64,000 bases of DNA, taken from assembly GCA_003971905.1 (NCBI GenBank), contig RSEE01000013.1, forward strand, positions 496,001-560,000, read 5' to 3'. Position 1 is the first letter of the stretch. Every line of letters begins with the position of its first letter. Source of the DNA: Moniliella sp. 'wahieum'. Its lineage: Eukaryota. Positions 26,521-37,828 of this stretch are shown piece after piece. The position numbers were made by a program, and so were the translations under genes. Below the pieces are notes generated by a model. That model did no database searches, was not told the DNA's origin, and saw nothing but the letters and a program-made list of their open reading frames with translations.

Positions 26521-29500
26521 CGTGGAAGGGCCGGCGGCGGGGGGGCTGGGCGAAGGAAGGTGTGGAGAGGAGAGGAGTGGTGGTGGTGCGCAGGACAGGG
26601 CTGGCGATGAAAGCGCGCTGCTGAGAGGAGGCTCGATGCGCAACCTGCCTCGATCGACTCCACTTTTCACGAACGGGGCGGCGGCTGGCGGCGGCTGGCA
26701 AGCGCAAAGCGACGCCATAGCCGCATTAGGCTTACATCCTATATCTCCGCCTCGCGCGCCCGCAGCACGCCAGTCTACCCCGGCGAAGCCTAATTAATAA
26801 CCGGTGCAGCATATGTGCATCCTGATGCATGATGCGTGATCTGTGACTGGGGGGGTATGTGAAGGCGCAGGTTGTGGAGGTGACCTCATCTCCACATGAA
26901 ACTGGCGCCGTGCGCTGGATGCAGACCAGCTGGCTGCGGGCTCCTCGGGACTGTCCACACGGCGCCTGTGTAGAGGAGGGGTGCGCTTGTTTGCGCCCGC
27001 GTCGGCGGGACATCCAGTGATAGATCAGCGGTTGCGCAGCGCGTACGCGTCAGGAGCCTCACCGGTCACCGTCACCATCGACCATCGACTATCGACTATC
27101 GCGCGCCGATACTGACTCACACTGCGGCCCCGTGCCCCCGGGCGGTGAGGATGTGAATGCCCATCCCATCTGCACTTTGCCGGGCCGACTGCTGCGCTCT
27201 GTTGCTGGGACGCAGCCGCGGGGGCGGATGCGAACCCTGTGCCCCCCTGCGGGGAGGCGCAGATTGGAAAGCATGTAACATGTAATTGCCGCTGGTCCCG
27301 CCGGCAGCCCGCCAGCCACCGCAAGCGCCATTTCCGCCCACTGGCGCTGTGCCGGTGATAGGTGCCAGGCCCAGCGCGGCTGCGGCGCGGGGGCAGAGGG
27401 GGGAGATTTTGGTCATGCTGTGTTTGATGACGTTGGCTAGTTGACTATGCCATGTGCCATGTGGTGTGACTGATGATGACTCCTGTCGCACAGCGCGAGA
27501 GGGAACGCGACGATGCGGAGACGGCAGTGACGGTTAGGTGACGTAGGCGAAAGCGCCCATGGCTGAAAGATGCGATGTATGTCCTTTTTCTACTCGCCGT
27601 CCTCATCGAGTGTGATGCATGTGACATCCCATGTGACACACTGCCTCCATCTCCGTAGCTCCATGCGTGCCGTGGAACATGTGCCACGGGGTAATGGCTA
27701 TGAAATTCACCAAGGGAGGAAAACGACAAACACTCCCGCTAGTGACTAGTGACGTCACGCGTGCGCCGGCTTGCACCCCTTTAAGCTTTACCCCGGTTTC
27801 TCCCCCCCAGTCTAGCCCCGGTTACCGGTTAAGAGCCCAGTTGCTACTGCTAGCACTGGTCTGGATCGGATCGCACGAGAGATCCAAAGGCTCTATTTCG
27901 ACGCTCAACGAACGAACTCCGAGCGTATCATCCCCCACCACGGTTCACAGTTCACAGTTCACTGTTTTCACTGTGGGTACTTACATTATCGATTAACTCT
28001 TGGCTTTGCCGGCCTCTGTTGCGCTACAAATCAATCCCCAGCACGACTTTTGATTGTTGTCCACAACTCAACAGGCGGCGTCATCTCGGAGGCTGGCTAT
28101 GTTCCATTAGAATCAGCCCGATATACCATCAGTTCAAAGGTGCCCGGTCACCGCGGTCACACGGGTATCAACACACCCCGCTCAACGTGCTCAACATCCA
28201 ATTTCCTATACCTAGTCGTACTACCGGCTACCTCGGACATCACACAGATGTGGGATGTGTATGATGCCAGTTTTGTGGGCCGGAGTGCTATGTGTGTTTT
28301 TGACGCTTGAACTTGAATCTGGTGATTGATTAGGTCTCGTGCCGTAGTGGTGTGTAATTACGAGAGTCCCGCACCCGCAGCACACACACTGTGATTGCAC
28401 CCCAGCTGGAGAAGTCGTGGATTCTGGGGGGATGTGGAGAAGTGTGGGGAAAGTGCATGTATGCCTACCCTTAATTGGCAATTGCTGTGAAACAACACAA
28501 ATCACTATAGTCACTGTGCGTAAGGAAGACATTATTGAAGGTAATGGCAAGGGCTATAGTAGGGACAATATAAGACCAAGATAACCGAATGATTTGGATG
28601 GAGAAAACCCAAGAGGAAGTAGAACGTAATTCAATGGCGATGGAAGTGGCCAGGTCCAAGTCTCATCCAACAGGTATCATGTCGCCCCCAAAAGAAATAG
28701 GGGTTCGAATAAGCCAGCACACTTATAGATACAAGTGTGTGAATACAAAAGCCTGGCAACGTACGCAATATGCTTTTCTGGGGTGCGTAATAGGATAAGG
28801 CGGGCCATAGCAAAGCATCACCTCCTATGCCAAGTGGTCCCTGTGTACCCTGCACCCTGTACGAGGTAAACCGACCCGCTCGCGCTCCCCCACTTCGACC
28901 GTCGGCCTGCTTTCTGGAGCGATCTTTTTGCTGCAACCCGCACGTCCCAGTCTTCATATGAGATTGGCCCCCCCTCCCATCCCCTTACCCAGCTGACACC
29001 CCGGACAGATGGACCACACATGTGGGCCAGAACACAACCCTTGGCCCTCGCTGTACATGTGAGCCAGGGGGACGGGAGGAGAGGGCCTCTCTCTCCACTG
29101 TCTTCCCCACCCAATCTTTTGCCGCCAAGATTCGTTTACTAAATCAGGAGCAGGCACCGTGATTTGCCACACAAGTACGTCCCTCGCGCGACAGCTGGCA
29201 TCAAGATCGATGGCCAGCGCTGGGATGGAGCCAGTATAAGGAATGCGAAGATGCCTGTAAGAAAGGGTTACTACCAGCGCGAAAAAGATTTAATTGGACG
29301 TGTGGTCTCATCAATGTAGCCTGTGCTGGGCTTCGCTGTTGCTCACAGCGCCGTCGTCGCGATCGCGAAACTTATGTTCGGCACCATCGGAGACGCCCTC
29401 TGGGCTGCGTTGTGATCGATACGCCTAAAGACTTTGAGGGCTTCTTTTTCCGACTTGGCTTGACGCTTGACGCCCGACGTAAACTCTTTGCGCTCTTCCC

Positions 29501-30271
29501 TCCGGGTCTTTCGGAGCGGGGGCTCTTTGCGTTGGATGTATTCTTCTTCTATATCCACATTTTGCCCTTATATGTGTGGGGAGGTAGCAAAATTTTTGCA
29601 TCGCGGCTATGCACAACAGCAGGTAGAGGCCGAGGGGGGTAGGTTGAGGGAGAAGGCTGAGTAGCGTCTAGTGGCTGTACAGTGGTGACATATGGCTGAA
29701 GGGCTTATATAGTGACTCGGGGGGCCGCCACGCGCTCGTGCCCATCTATCTGATACACTGCCCCCCGCTTGCTTCTTGATGCGTGACGCGTGACGCCTGT
29801 CCCACCTCTGCTTTCAACGTTCAATATTCAATGCGCAGGCGCTCAGGCACTCTGGCCGTTGAGGTTCAGCGTCCAGCCCCAGGGGAGCGGCAATGCTAGA
29901 GCCTGAATACACTAGGACCCAACCTCGCCTTCTTTCCCTCCACCTCTCTACTATGCCACTCACGCCAGCAGCAATCATAGTCATGATTGCGAAGTCGAAG
30001 AAGATCGGTTGGTGCATTCCCTATAGTCAATGATTAATGATGGCCATTCGAGCTCATGTAACACGCCACGACCGATCAGCGCTCAGCAGAGCAGTGAATC
30101 ACAGATGATGGGGGAGGGGCGTGGGGCGCGCACGGCATCTGTATCAAAAGCCCCTGTACTTGGCGCCTGAGTCGCGTTGCAGTCTATATGGGCATTCCAT
30201 ACCCTTCCCTCTCTCTCCATCCGCCTATTATCCTATCACCACTCCACACCATCCTGTTTCGCATCAGAACC

Positions 30272-31838
30272 ATGGCAACTCCCTCCCCTCTAAAGAACAT
30301 GGTCGCCATCATCCGCCGGCTCGAGGAAGTCACTTTGCGGATGGAAGAACTTGCCGAAGCCGACTGCGCCAATACCTTGGCAGTAGGCATCTTACCCGCT
30401 TCGAATGCGGCAACGGGAGGCTCGTTTCAACCCGGGTCTCCCTCTTATGTTCGAACTTCCCCTTCTCAGGAGGATGCCCCCCTTTCAGAGAGGGAAGAAC
30501 TTCCTGTGAAAGTCCCCGCCGCGGTCGCTGGCTTTGACGAAACAATTCAACCGCGCATGACTTCTTTTCTCATGTTCAGCGCAACATTAGGGGGCGTGGT
30601 GCAGGACCAGTCCATCCAACTCGTCAAACTCTTTCATCTTCAAAGGGAGTTGGTGAAGATCGCATCTCAGCGATCTAAACCTCCTGCCCTCTCCGCGACT
30701 CTGCAGCGCAACCAGTGGTTTGAGCCTCTGCAGCAAATCATCTACACACACTCGCTCGTACACGAAACGAGGCATATCCATCACTGGCTCCTCATCTCTT
30801 TGTCCTGGCAGAAGCTGCCCGTGCGGCGCGTTGGCTCGTCATGGAGCCTGATCCAGCTGTCTTCGTAGCCAAAGTGCTTGAAGAGGTGGAAAAGTATGCG
30901 GGTCAAGTTGCCCAGACCCCCGGTCACGACGGAGCCAATCCACTGTGGATGCAAGCGTTGGAGCAGTTGCTCTTGGCACTGCGCGCATATGTGGCTACCT
31001 TCCATGCGAGAGGTTTATGCTGGGCACAAGGGGTAGGGGGGCAGGGTCTGGCTCTTCGTTCAGGCATCAGCCCTGCACCTGATACCGCCGACCTTTCCCT
31101 CGCGGGCCCCATTGCCGCCTCTGCTGACGAGACCGCAGCCCCGCTGGACACTGCATTCTCCCTGTCGCTGAGGGGGAGGGAGGCTACACCCTCGACCCAG
31201 GCGGTCCATCTGCACGCAGGCAAACATCACAAGAAAGTGTTGCTCTTGCCTACCAAACGGGCACCTGACGGCGAAGCATCCCCCATCGTCCGGCCCCCGG
31301 TACCGCACAAACCTGTGCCACTGCGCGTACTGAAAACCAAAACCCCGCCCGTCTTTGCGCTAGAGGGACATCAATGGCTTGTCACGCACCAAAACGACGC
31401 ACATGGTCTGGTAGTCGAGCCGAGCCAGGCGGGGCAAAGCGTTCGGCTGGCTCACTGTGCCCATTCGACCATCCAGATCAAGGGCAAGGTAGAGACGGTA
31501 AGGATAGTAGCCTGCACACGGGTGGCGGTGGTGCTGTCGTCGGTGGGGACAAAGATCGAGCTGGTACGGTGCAAGGCGATGGAGGTGCAGGTGATCGAGA
31601 CGGTGCCGCTGCTCCAGTTGGACGGGTGCGATCAAGTGCAACTGTTCTTATCGCGCGCGGCGGGGGCGGGGGCGAGTGTGCTGGTGTCCAAGTCGACGTG
31701 CATCAACATCCTTCTCCCTCGACCAGGACCAAGGGGGGAATTGAAGGAGCTGGCGTTGCCTGAGCAGATGACGCATACGGTTCGGGGGGGCGCTTGCGCA
31801 CCACGCTGGTCTCCCACCATGTGCAACATGGTGACTGA
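30272..31838 (+). CDS. SRV2: Adenylyl cyclase-associated protein (Srv2/CAP family), divergent
   Basis: N-terminal IIRRLEEVTLRMEELA coiled coil, helical domain, CARP beta domain (PPVFALEGHQWLV, STIQIKGKV, SKSTCINI, ELALPEQM). Frameshift-corrected end GRLRTTLVSHHVQHGD*. Confidence 0.8.
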
Positions 31839-32483
31839 GTCCCGGGTTGAGCGCTTCGGCTGAGCACCTCTGGGTTGTGGTCATGCATGGAACGTACGAA
31901 TATCGAACGTTCAAGTTGAGCGGTGGATGCAATCAATCGGTGCAATGCTGGATCGATGAGATGACAATGGTGATCATCCGGAGCCCTGGGTGGTCGATGG
32001 CTAGTGGCTAGCAGCAGGTAGTTAGGCACAGGCACTGCAGGGCAACGACGTCATCGATGGGTGAGGATGCGTGATCGATGATGCAGGCTGATGCAAGGAG
32101 GGCCGTGCGCAGGCGGGCACCGCGGCAGCCCAACGACGCTGCCCCGCCCCCCGCGCTCAGCCTCGAGCCCGCTCGGCCCTGCCAGCACCCCGCACCGGGA
32201 GCCACCGGTCCGGGGAGGCAGCACCAGCCCAGTGTGCCTGCGCGGCAGCAGGGCCCAGCTGCACGGAGCAAAGCACCGGCGGGGACAGGCGCAGCGCCAG
32301 GCCGCAGACACGCCCGCTGGAGCAGCGTGTCACGCGATGGCGCAGCATATAACACCTCAGCCGCTCTGGCGCAGCGCCTGGGCTGCCCTTGCTCGCACCG
32401 TCACCACCGCCTCTCCCCATCCTCCCTCGCACCTCCCTCGCGGTCCTTGCTCTCCCTCTCTTCGTGTTCTCGGCGCCACTGCC

Positions 32484-35134
32484 ATGAGACTCTCGCTCCC
32501 TGCTGCGGCCGCGGGTGCTGGCTGCCTCTGCTGCGTCCGCACGCCCCTTGCTGCCCGACTTGGCGCCGCCTTCGTTTGCCCCGGCCAGCGCCGCCTCGCC
32601 CCCCCTCGCCCCCGTGCGGGCGTCCCAGCCTCATGGCGAGGGTCACCGCCGCATCACCCACCCGGGCGTCTCTGACTTCTCGCCCGTCAACCCACCCAGC
32701 TTCCCCCTCGCGGTGCGCAGTCCTTGTGGGTACTCTCTGTCGTCCTTGCGCATGCGTGTGTGGGCCACACGGCTGACCGTTTCGCTCTCCAGACCTCAAT
32801 GTCTGGCTCCCCTCGGGCTCCAACCCCGATGCTACGCCGCCCAACCGACAGGGCAATGGTGGCTACCTGGCTGGCCAAGACCCGGCCTTTTGGACGTCGA
32901 GTTATGGTGCCGATGGCGAGTTCCGTTTGGGCTGGCATGGCTATGTTCGCATTGATGGTACAACGTACCAGTGGATGGGCAATGGGTTTGGCACCCTCGT
33001 CCGGGCCGGCGAGAATGCCCGTCAACTCTTGGCTGAGTATACCTCGACTCGCACCACCTTTGTCTTTGAGGCCGACGGCGTTCGGTTTAACGCGACCTTT
33101 TTGACTCCGATCACGGCGGACGATTACACGCGACAGAGCCTGCCGCTCTCGTACCTCCACTTGGATTTCGACGAGGCAACAGTGAAGCACCGTAAGATCC
33201 AGATCTTTACCGACATTGATGAGCGCTGGGTCACTGGCTACGACTATACGTTTGAGACGGTGCCGTACGACATGGAGTATGTGCCGTCGAGTAATGGTAC
33301 GAGCATGTACTTTGTCCATCGTCGGTACCCGGAGTTGTACCAGGAGTACCGCCAACGTGCCGAGTGGGGGTCCGCGGTCTATGCTACGGAGGATCGGCCA
33401 GGGCTGACAAGTCGGAACAATAACAATGTCGTCGCTCATCGCGAGTTCTTGCGACGAGGCAAGTTGACGTATGACCATGGCCCCGTCAGTGGGCCTGACA
33501 ACACCTTTGGATTTGCAGTGGATCTCAACCACCCGGACCTCACCGCTGCGCAGCGGCGCGGGGTCACATTTGCTGTCGGTCATATCCGCACCCCCTATGT
33601 CAATTACATTCGTCGTGTACCCGGGACCAAGAACAAGTCGTACCAAGAGGACCGTTATGGCTACTGGCAAGCGACCTGGCCCAACGTTTTAGATGCGGTC
33701 TCGTTCTTTGTCAAAGACTTTTCCACCATGCGCGCGGCCTCTGAAAAGCTCGATGCTAAGATCTGGGGGGATTCAGTGCGGGTGGCAGGCGGCGGGCAGA
33801 CGGGGCGCGAGTACGCGGCGATCACGACACTCAGTGCACGACAAGCGCTGGCCACGGTCGAGATCACTGTTTCGCGCGACCGGGATGGCACGTACCGTAC
33901 CGATGACACCTTGGCCTTTCTCAAGGAAATCAGCTCCAACGGGGACATGTCAACGGTGGATGTGATCTACCCTCTGTTCCCCATTTTGAGCTACCTGAAT
34001 GTAGATTTGTTGATGGACCTGCTCAAGCCCATTTTTGAGTACAGCGTATCGGGCCTGTACCCCAACAAGTGGTGTGTGCACGATATGGGCGTATACCCCA
34101 ATGCGTTTGGACACAATGACGGGCAAGATGAGCCGATGCAAGTAGAGGAGAGTGGCAACATGCTGCTCATGACGCTGCACTGGGCTCAACTCGTCACTCA
34201 CGCTCCCACGGCGAGCAAAAAGGATGCCAAGCGGGTCCGGGCATTTTTGGAAGAATACTACAACATCCTCGCCCAATGGACCAGCTTCTTGATTGAAGAC
34301 TCGCTCGTGCCCGCCAGCCAGCTGAGCACTGACGATTTTGCTGGTCCTCTGGCCAACCAGACGGACTTGGCAATCAAGGGCATTCTGGGCGTAGGTGCAA
34401 TGGCGGAGATTGCACGCTGGGTTGACAAGCCGGCGGCAGCCAAGTATTACCGTAAGGTAGCAGAGAAGTATGTGCAGCGCTGGGCCAACTACTCGATTGC
34501 CCAGGACGGGAGCCACATCAAGTTGGCCTACCAGGCAGATGGGTCGTGGGGGACGCTGTACAACTTGTTTGCCGATCGCATGTTGAATTTGCGCCTGGTG
34601 CCCCGCAGTCTGTACCGCGTGCTGGAGCACTGGTATCCGACCGTGGCCGAAAAGTATGGCGTCCCGCTTGATTCGCGGCACAAGTGGGGCAAGTCGGATT
34701 GGATGATGTTTGCTGCGTTTACCCACCCGCCGCACGCGGGGGGGAAGCATGCCGCACCGGGCGCGCAGGACCTGTTCATCCACCTCCTCTATGGCTATAT
34801 CTCCAACGGTCTCACCGACTCGCCCCTTTCTGACTTGTACGAAGCCACGACCGGAGACACGCCCAAGCCCCCGCATGACAATCTCATTCATTTCCTCGCT
34901 CGCCCCGTTGTGGGAGGCCACTTTATGGGGCTGGCCATGGACAAGGCGTACGAGGCGAATGGCCTTGAGGGGGCAGACGCGTATGAGTTTGCCCCCGAAT
35001 TCGCCTATGCCGCCCATACGGATTGGCAAGGCCCCGCTTCGGGCCCAGAGGGAGACGAGCAGCAGGACCGGTTCTTGCCTCATTTCGGATCCCCAATCCA
35101 AGGTGCAGGGCAGCAAATTGTGCTGGGAGCTTGA
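32484..35134 (+). CDS. gtaA: Secreted glutaminase GtaA-like protein (DUF1793/DUF4965/DUF5127 type)
   Basis: Signal-like N-terminus; PPSFPLAVRSP|YLNVW across a 67-nt intron (32726-32792); FLKEISSNGDMSTVDVIYP, EPMQVEESGNML, QLSTDDFAGPLANQTDLAIKGI, YGVPLDSRH, ARPVVGGHF. Confidence 0.9.
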
Positions 35135-37405
35135 TCGCGCCATGCTGGGGACGATTTTTCCACAGGCCCTCCAGGCCAGGGGTTCATCTCGGTTCCATGC
35201 ATTGACTTCCGATTGTCCGCCGCTATCGCTTTTGCCCTGTGCCGCACTGGGCCAGCGCCCTAGTTTGGCCTTTTCTATAACTGTTTCTGCACCGAAGAGC
35301 TCACGCTGGTGACGGCAATCCTATCCCCTTCTCACTTTTCTCACCTACCGTGCATGGACGTGCCCTCTCGCTAGCTCAACACTGGTGTTGCCAACAGCCT
35401 GGTAGGGTATGGACACATGGACTCACTTTTTTTGCGAAAGATCAAATCAAGATTTGGTCTGTGGCTGTCTCTTTCGGGCCACTGATGTGCTTGCTATTGA
35501 CCCCTTTTCTATGCTGTATCCCCTTCTGCCTTCTTGCTCCCAAGGCGACTTGCTTTGCCCTCTTGCTCGGTTGGGCCCATCCTGTTTATTCTTGCTTCAG
35601 TCCACAGCTACCATTTTTTAGAATAGTTGCTCTGGAAGGGATTCACCATCAACCTTGAGGTCAGGTATATACATCAAGATCTGCGTCAAGAGTGAAGAGC
35701 CCTAGCCGAGCTCACTCAGTATTGTAGGGGCTATACAATAGGACCAAAAGTATACCAAGTACCAAGCACGGAAGGAGTAAACAAAAGAGAAAGTTGTGTA
35801 GCAGCAACCTTGATCGGGCGTGGCGTAACCGCGTAACCGGTAACCTACGTAACGCGTTACGCGTTACGCGGGCGGAAGAGAGGGACAGTGTGGCGCGAAC
35901 GTTTTGATAATGAAGGGTCTGATGCAATGGAACATCACATGTGTCACAGTGACATGTGATATGCTATTGACATTGTCCCCATTGACATGTGACATGCGCA
36001 GTAGCCTACTGTAGCGGTCAAGCGCGCCGGTCAAGCAGGCCAAGCCTCTTTCTGGTAACCGGTAGCCGGTAACCGGTAGCAATATACCGGCAAAAGCGGA
36101 AGACTTGAAGCTTGACAGGTGACGTGTGACATGTGACATGTGACACGTGACGGACAACGGCAATTTCAAGCTCTCAGACCTCACCGGTCACCAGAGGTGC
36201 ATGATGCATGATATATGATGGACTGCGACAATTAGCTATTCGTCTCCACCTCTCGATCTTCCTGTGCAGTGCGTTTTGACTAGCTGCGTACCAGGGCGTA
36301 CCGCCGAGGGACCGACGGCGGCGAGTTGGCGCGGCCGCAGGGCGACCGCATGCAGTGGGGAGCTGGAAGAGAGAGAAGGGTGTGCCACTGGCGTGCCCCC
36401 TTTGTTCCCACCCCCGTGCGCTGCTGTACGTGGGACGAGAACCGCGGCGGGCGCGGAGGAGCAGTGGAGCGGTGGAGGAGAGCACTCTGCTGTCGGATCT
36501 CAGATCTCAGATCTCAGATTAGATTTCAGGCCTTTCAGGTATTCGATGCTCGGTGTCGGGTGGACGTACGTCAGTGCTGTGAGATCTGAGATCTGAGATC
36601 TGAGGTGCCGAGGACACAGGACCCGTCCTGGGCTGCTGCAAGCTGCTGCACAGCTCTGGCAGGGTTGTGCCGTGCTGTGCGCTGCACTGGGCTCGTGCGA
36701 GACACAGATGTGGCGGGCAAAGGCCCCACTGTGCCCGTGGGCCACATGCCCCCGAGGTGGCAGGGTCTGGCAAGCCAGGATAGCGCTGGGCTGCGCTGGG
36801 CCAGTGCGGGCTGTGCTGGGAAGGGCACTGGCGCTGCCCGCTGCTGAGCGTTCGGCAAGCAGGGTGTGAGACGCAAGGAAGCTGGGTGGCTGGGCTGGTG
36901 TGGCAGGCACCGAACGGGGGGTGGCAGTGGGGTGGCGCATGCGGCTGGCGGGCGCTTGATGCTGATGCGTGATGCATGGGCCCTGCAGCTGAGCTCAGCG
37001 CTGGGCAGTGGCCAGTGGGGGAGGGAGGGATGGTTGATGCCTGAGGATCGATAGTAGATGATGTGTGACGCATGACATGTGATGCATGTGACATGTGATT
37101 CCGAGGGACGGGTGGCGTCGAGACAAGTGCTGGGCGGGGATGGTGTCGGAGGGGAGGCAACGTAGTGTTTTCGCGTCGCTTGGGTGCTTGAGGTGTGCAT
37201 GCTGGCGGCTGGGCTGGCTGGGCTGGGCGTGGGCATGGACAGGCGTGCACCCGTCGCCTGCTGCGGCTGGAGCGTGAAGCTTGAAGCTTGAGGCGAAGCT
37301 TTGGGGCGTGAGACTTGGGATCGGGCGCGCCCAGCTGCCCAGGCTGAGTGCAGCGACAGCCAGGCTGGGCCTGGGCCTGGGCGCTGGAGCTGAGCAGGGT
37401 GGGGG

Positions 37406-37485
37406 GCAAGCGCATGCAAGGGCGTGCAAGCGCAGGCAAGGGCGTGCAAGCGCAGGCAAGGGCGTGCAAGCGCATGCAAGCGCAC
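37406..37485. repeat. Eight tandem 10-mers GCAAG(C/G)GC(A/G)N upstream of the histidine kinase
   Basis: Read directly: alternating GCAAGCGCAN and GCAAGGGCGT units. Confidence 0.85.
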
Positions 37486-37828
37486 GCAGCAGCCATGCAA
37501 GGGGGCAGCGGAGGGGCGGCTGCTGGCGGCCGGGCACTGCGCCCTGCGCCCGCACACGCCGCCTGGCGAGGATGCTGTCAATCGGCAGCCCTTGCTGCTC
37601 TGGCCAGCACCCGCTTCCCCTGTCACCTTCTGCCGTCTGCCTTCTGCCTTCTACCCTCTACCCTCTGCCCTCCGCCACCCCCGCCTCTGCCTTGCCTGTC
37701 GGCCGCCGCCACCACCACCACCTCCTCCTCCTCCGCCCCTCCCATCCTCTCTCCTCTCTCCCCATCTGCCTCGCCCCCGGCGGCGAGAGGAGCCCCTGCC
37801 CCCCCATGAATCCGCGCTACCCCCCGAC

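Noticed and set aside
28300..29712. Possible minus-strand gene behind a TATA box at about 29705
   Set aside because: Only short, broken ORFs with no recognisable homology; no model can be supported.
33950..35143. Long antisense ORFs (397 aa here; similar ones opposite the histidine kinase, SNF7 and FCY2)
   Set aside because: Shadow ORFs of GC-rich, codon-biased genes on the other strand, with no motifs of their own.
36500..37800. Multiple 150-360 aa ORFs upstream of the histidine kinase
   Set aside because: Low-complexity, GC-rich, repeat-derived translations on both strands with no domain signal.
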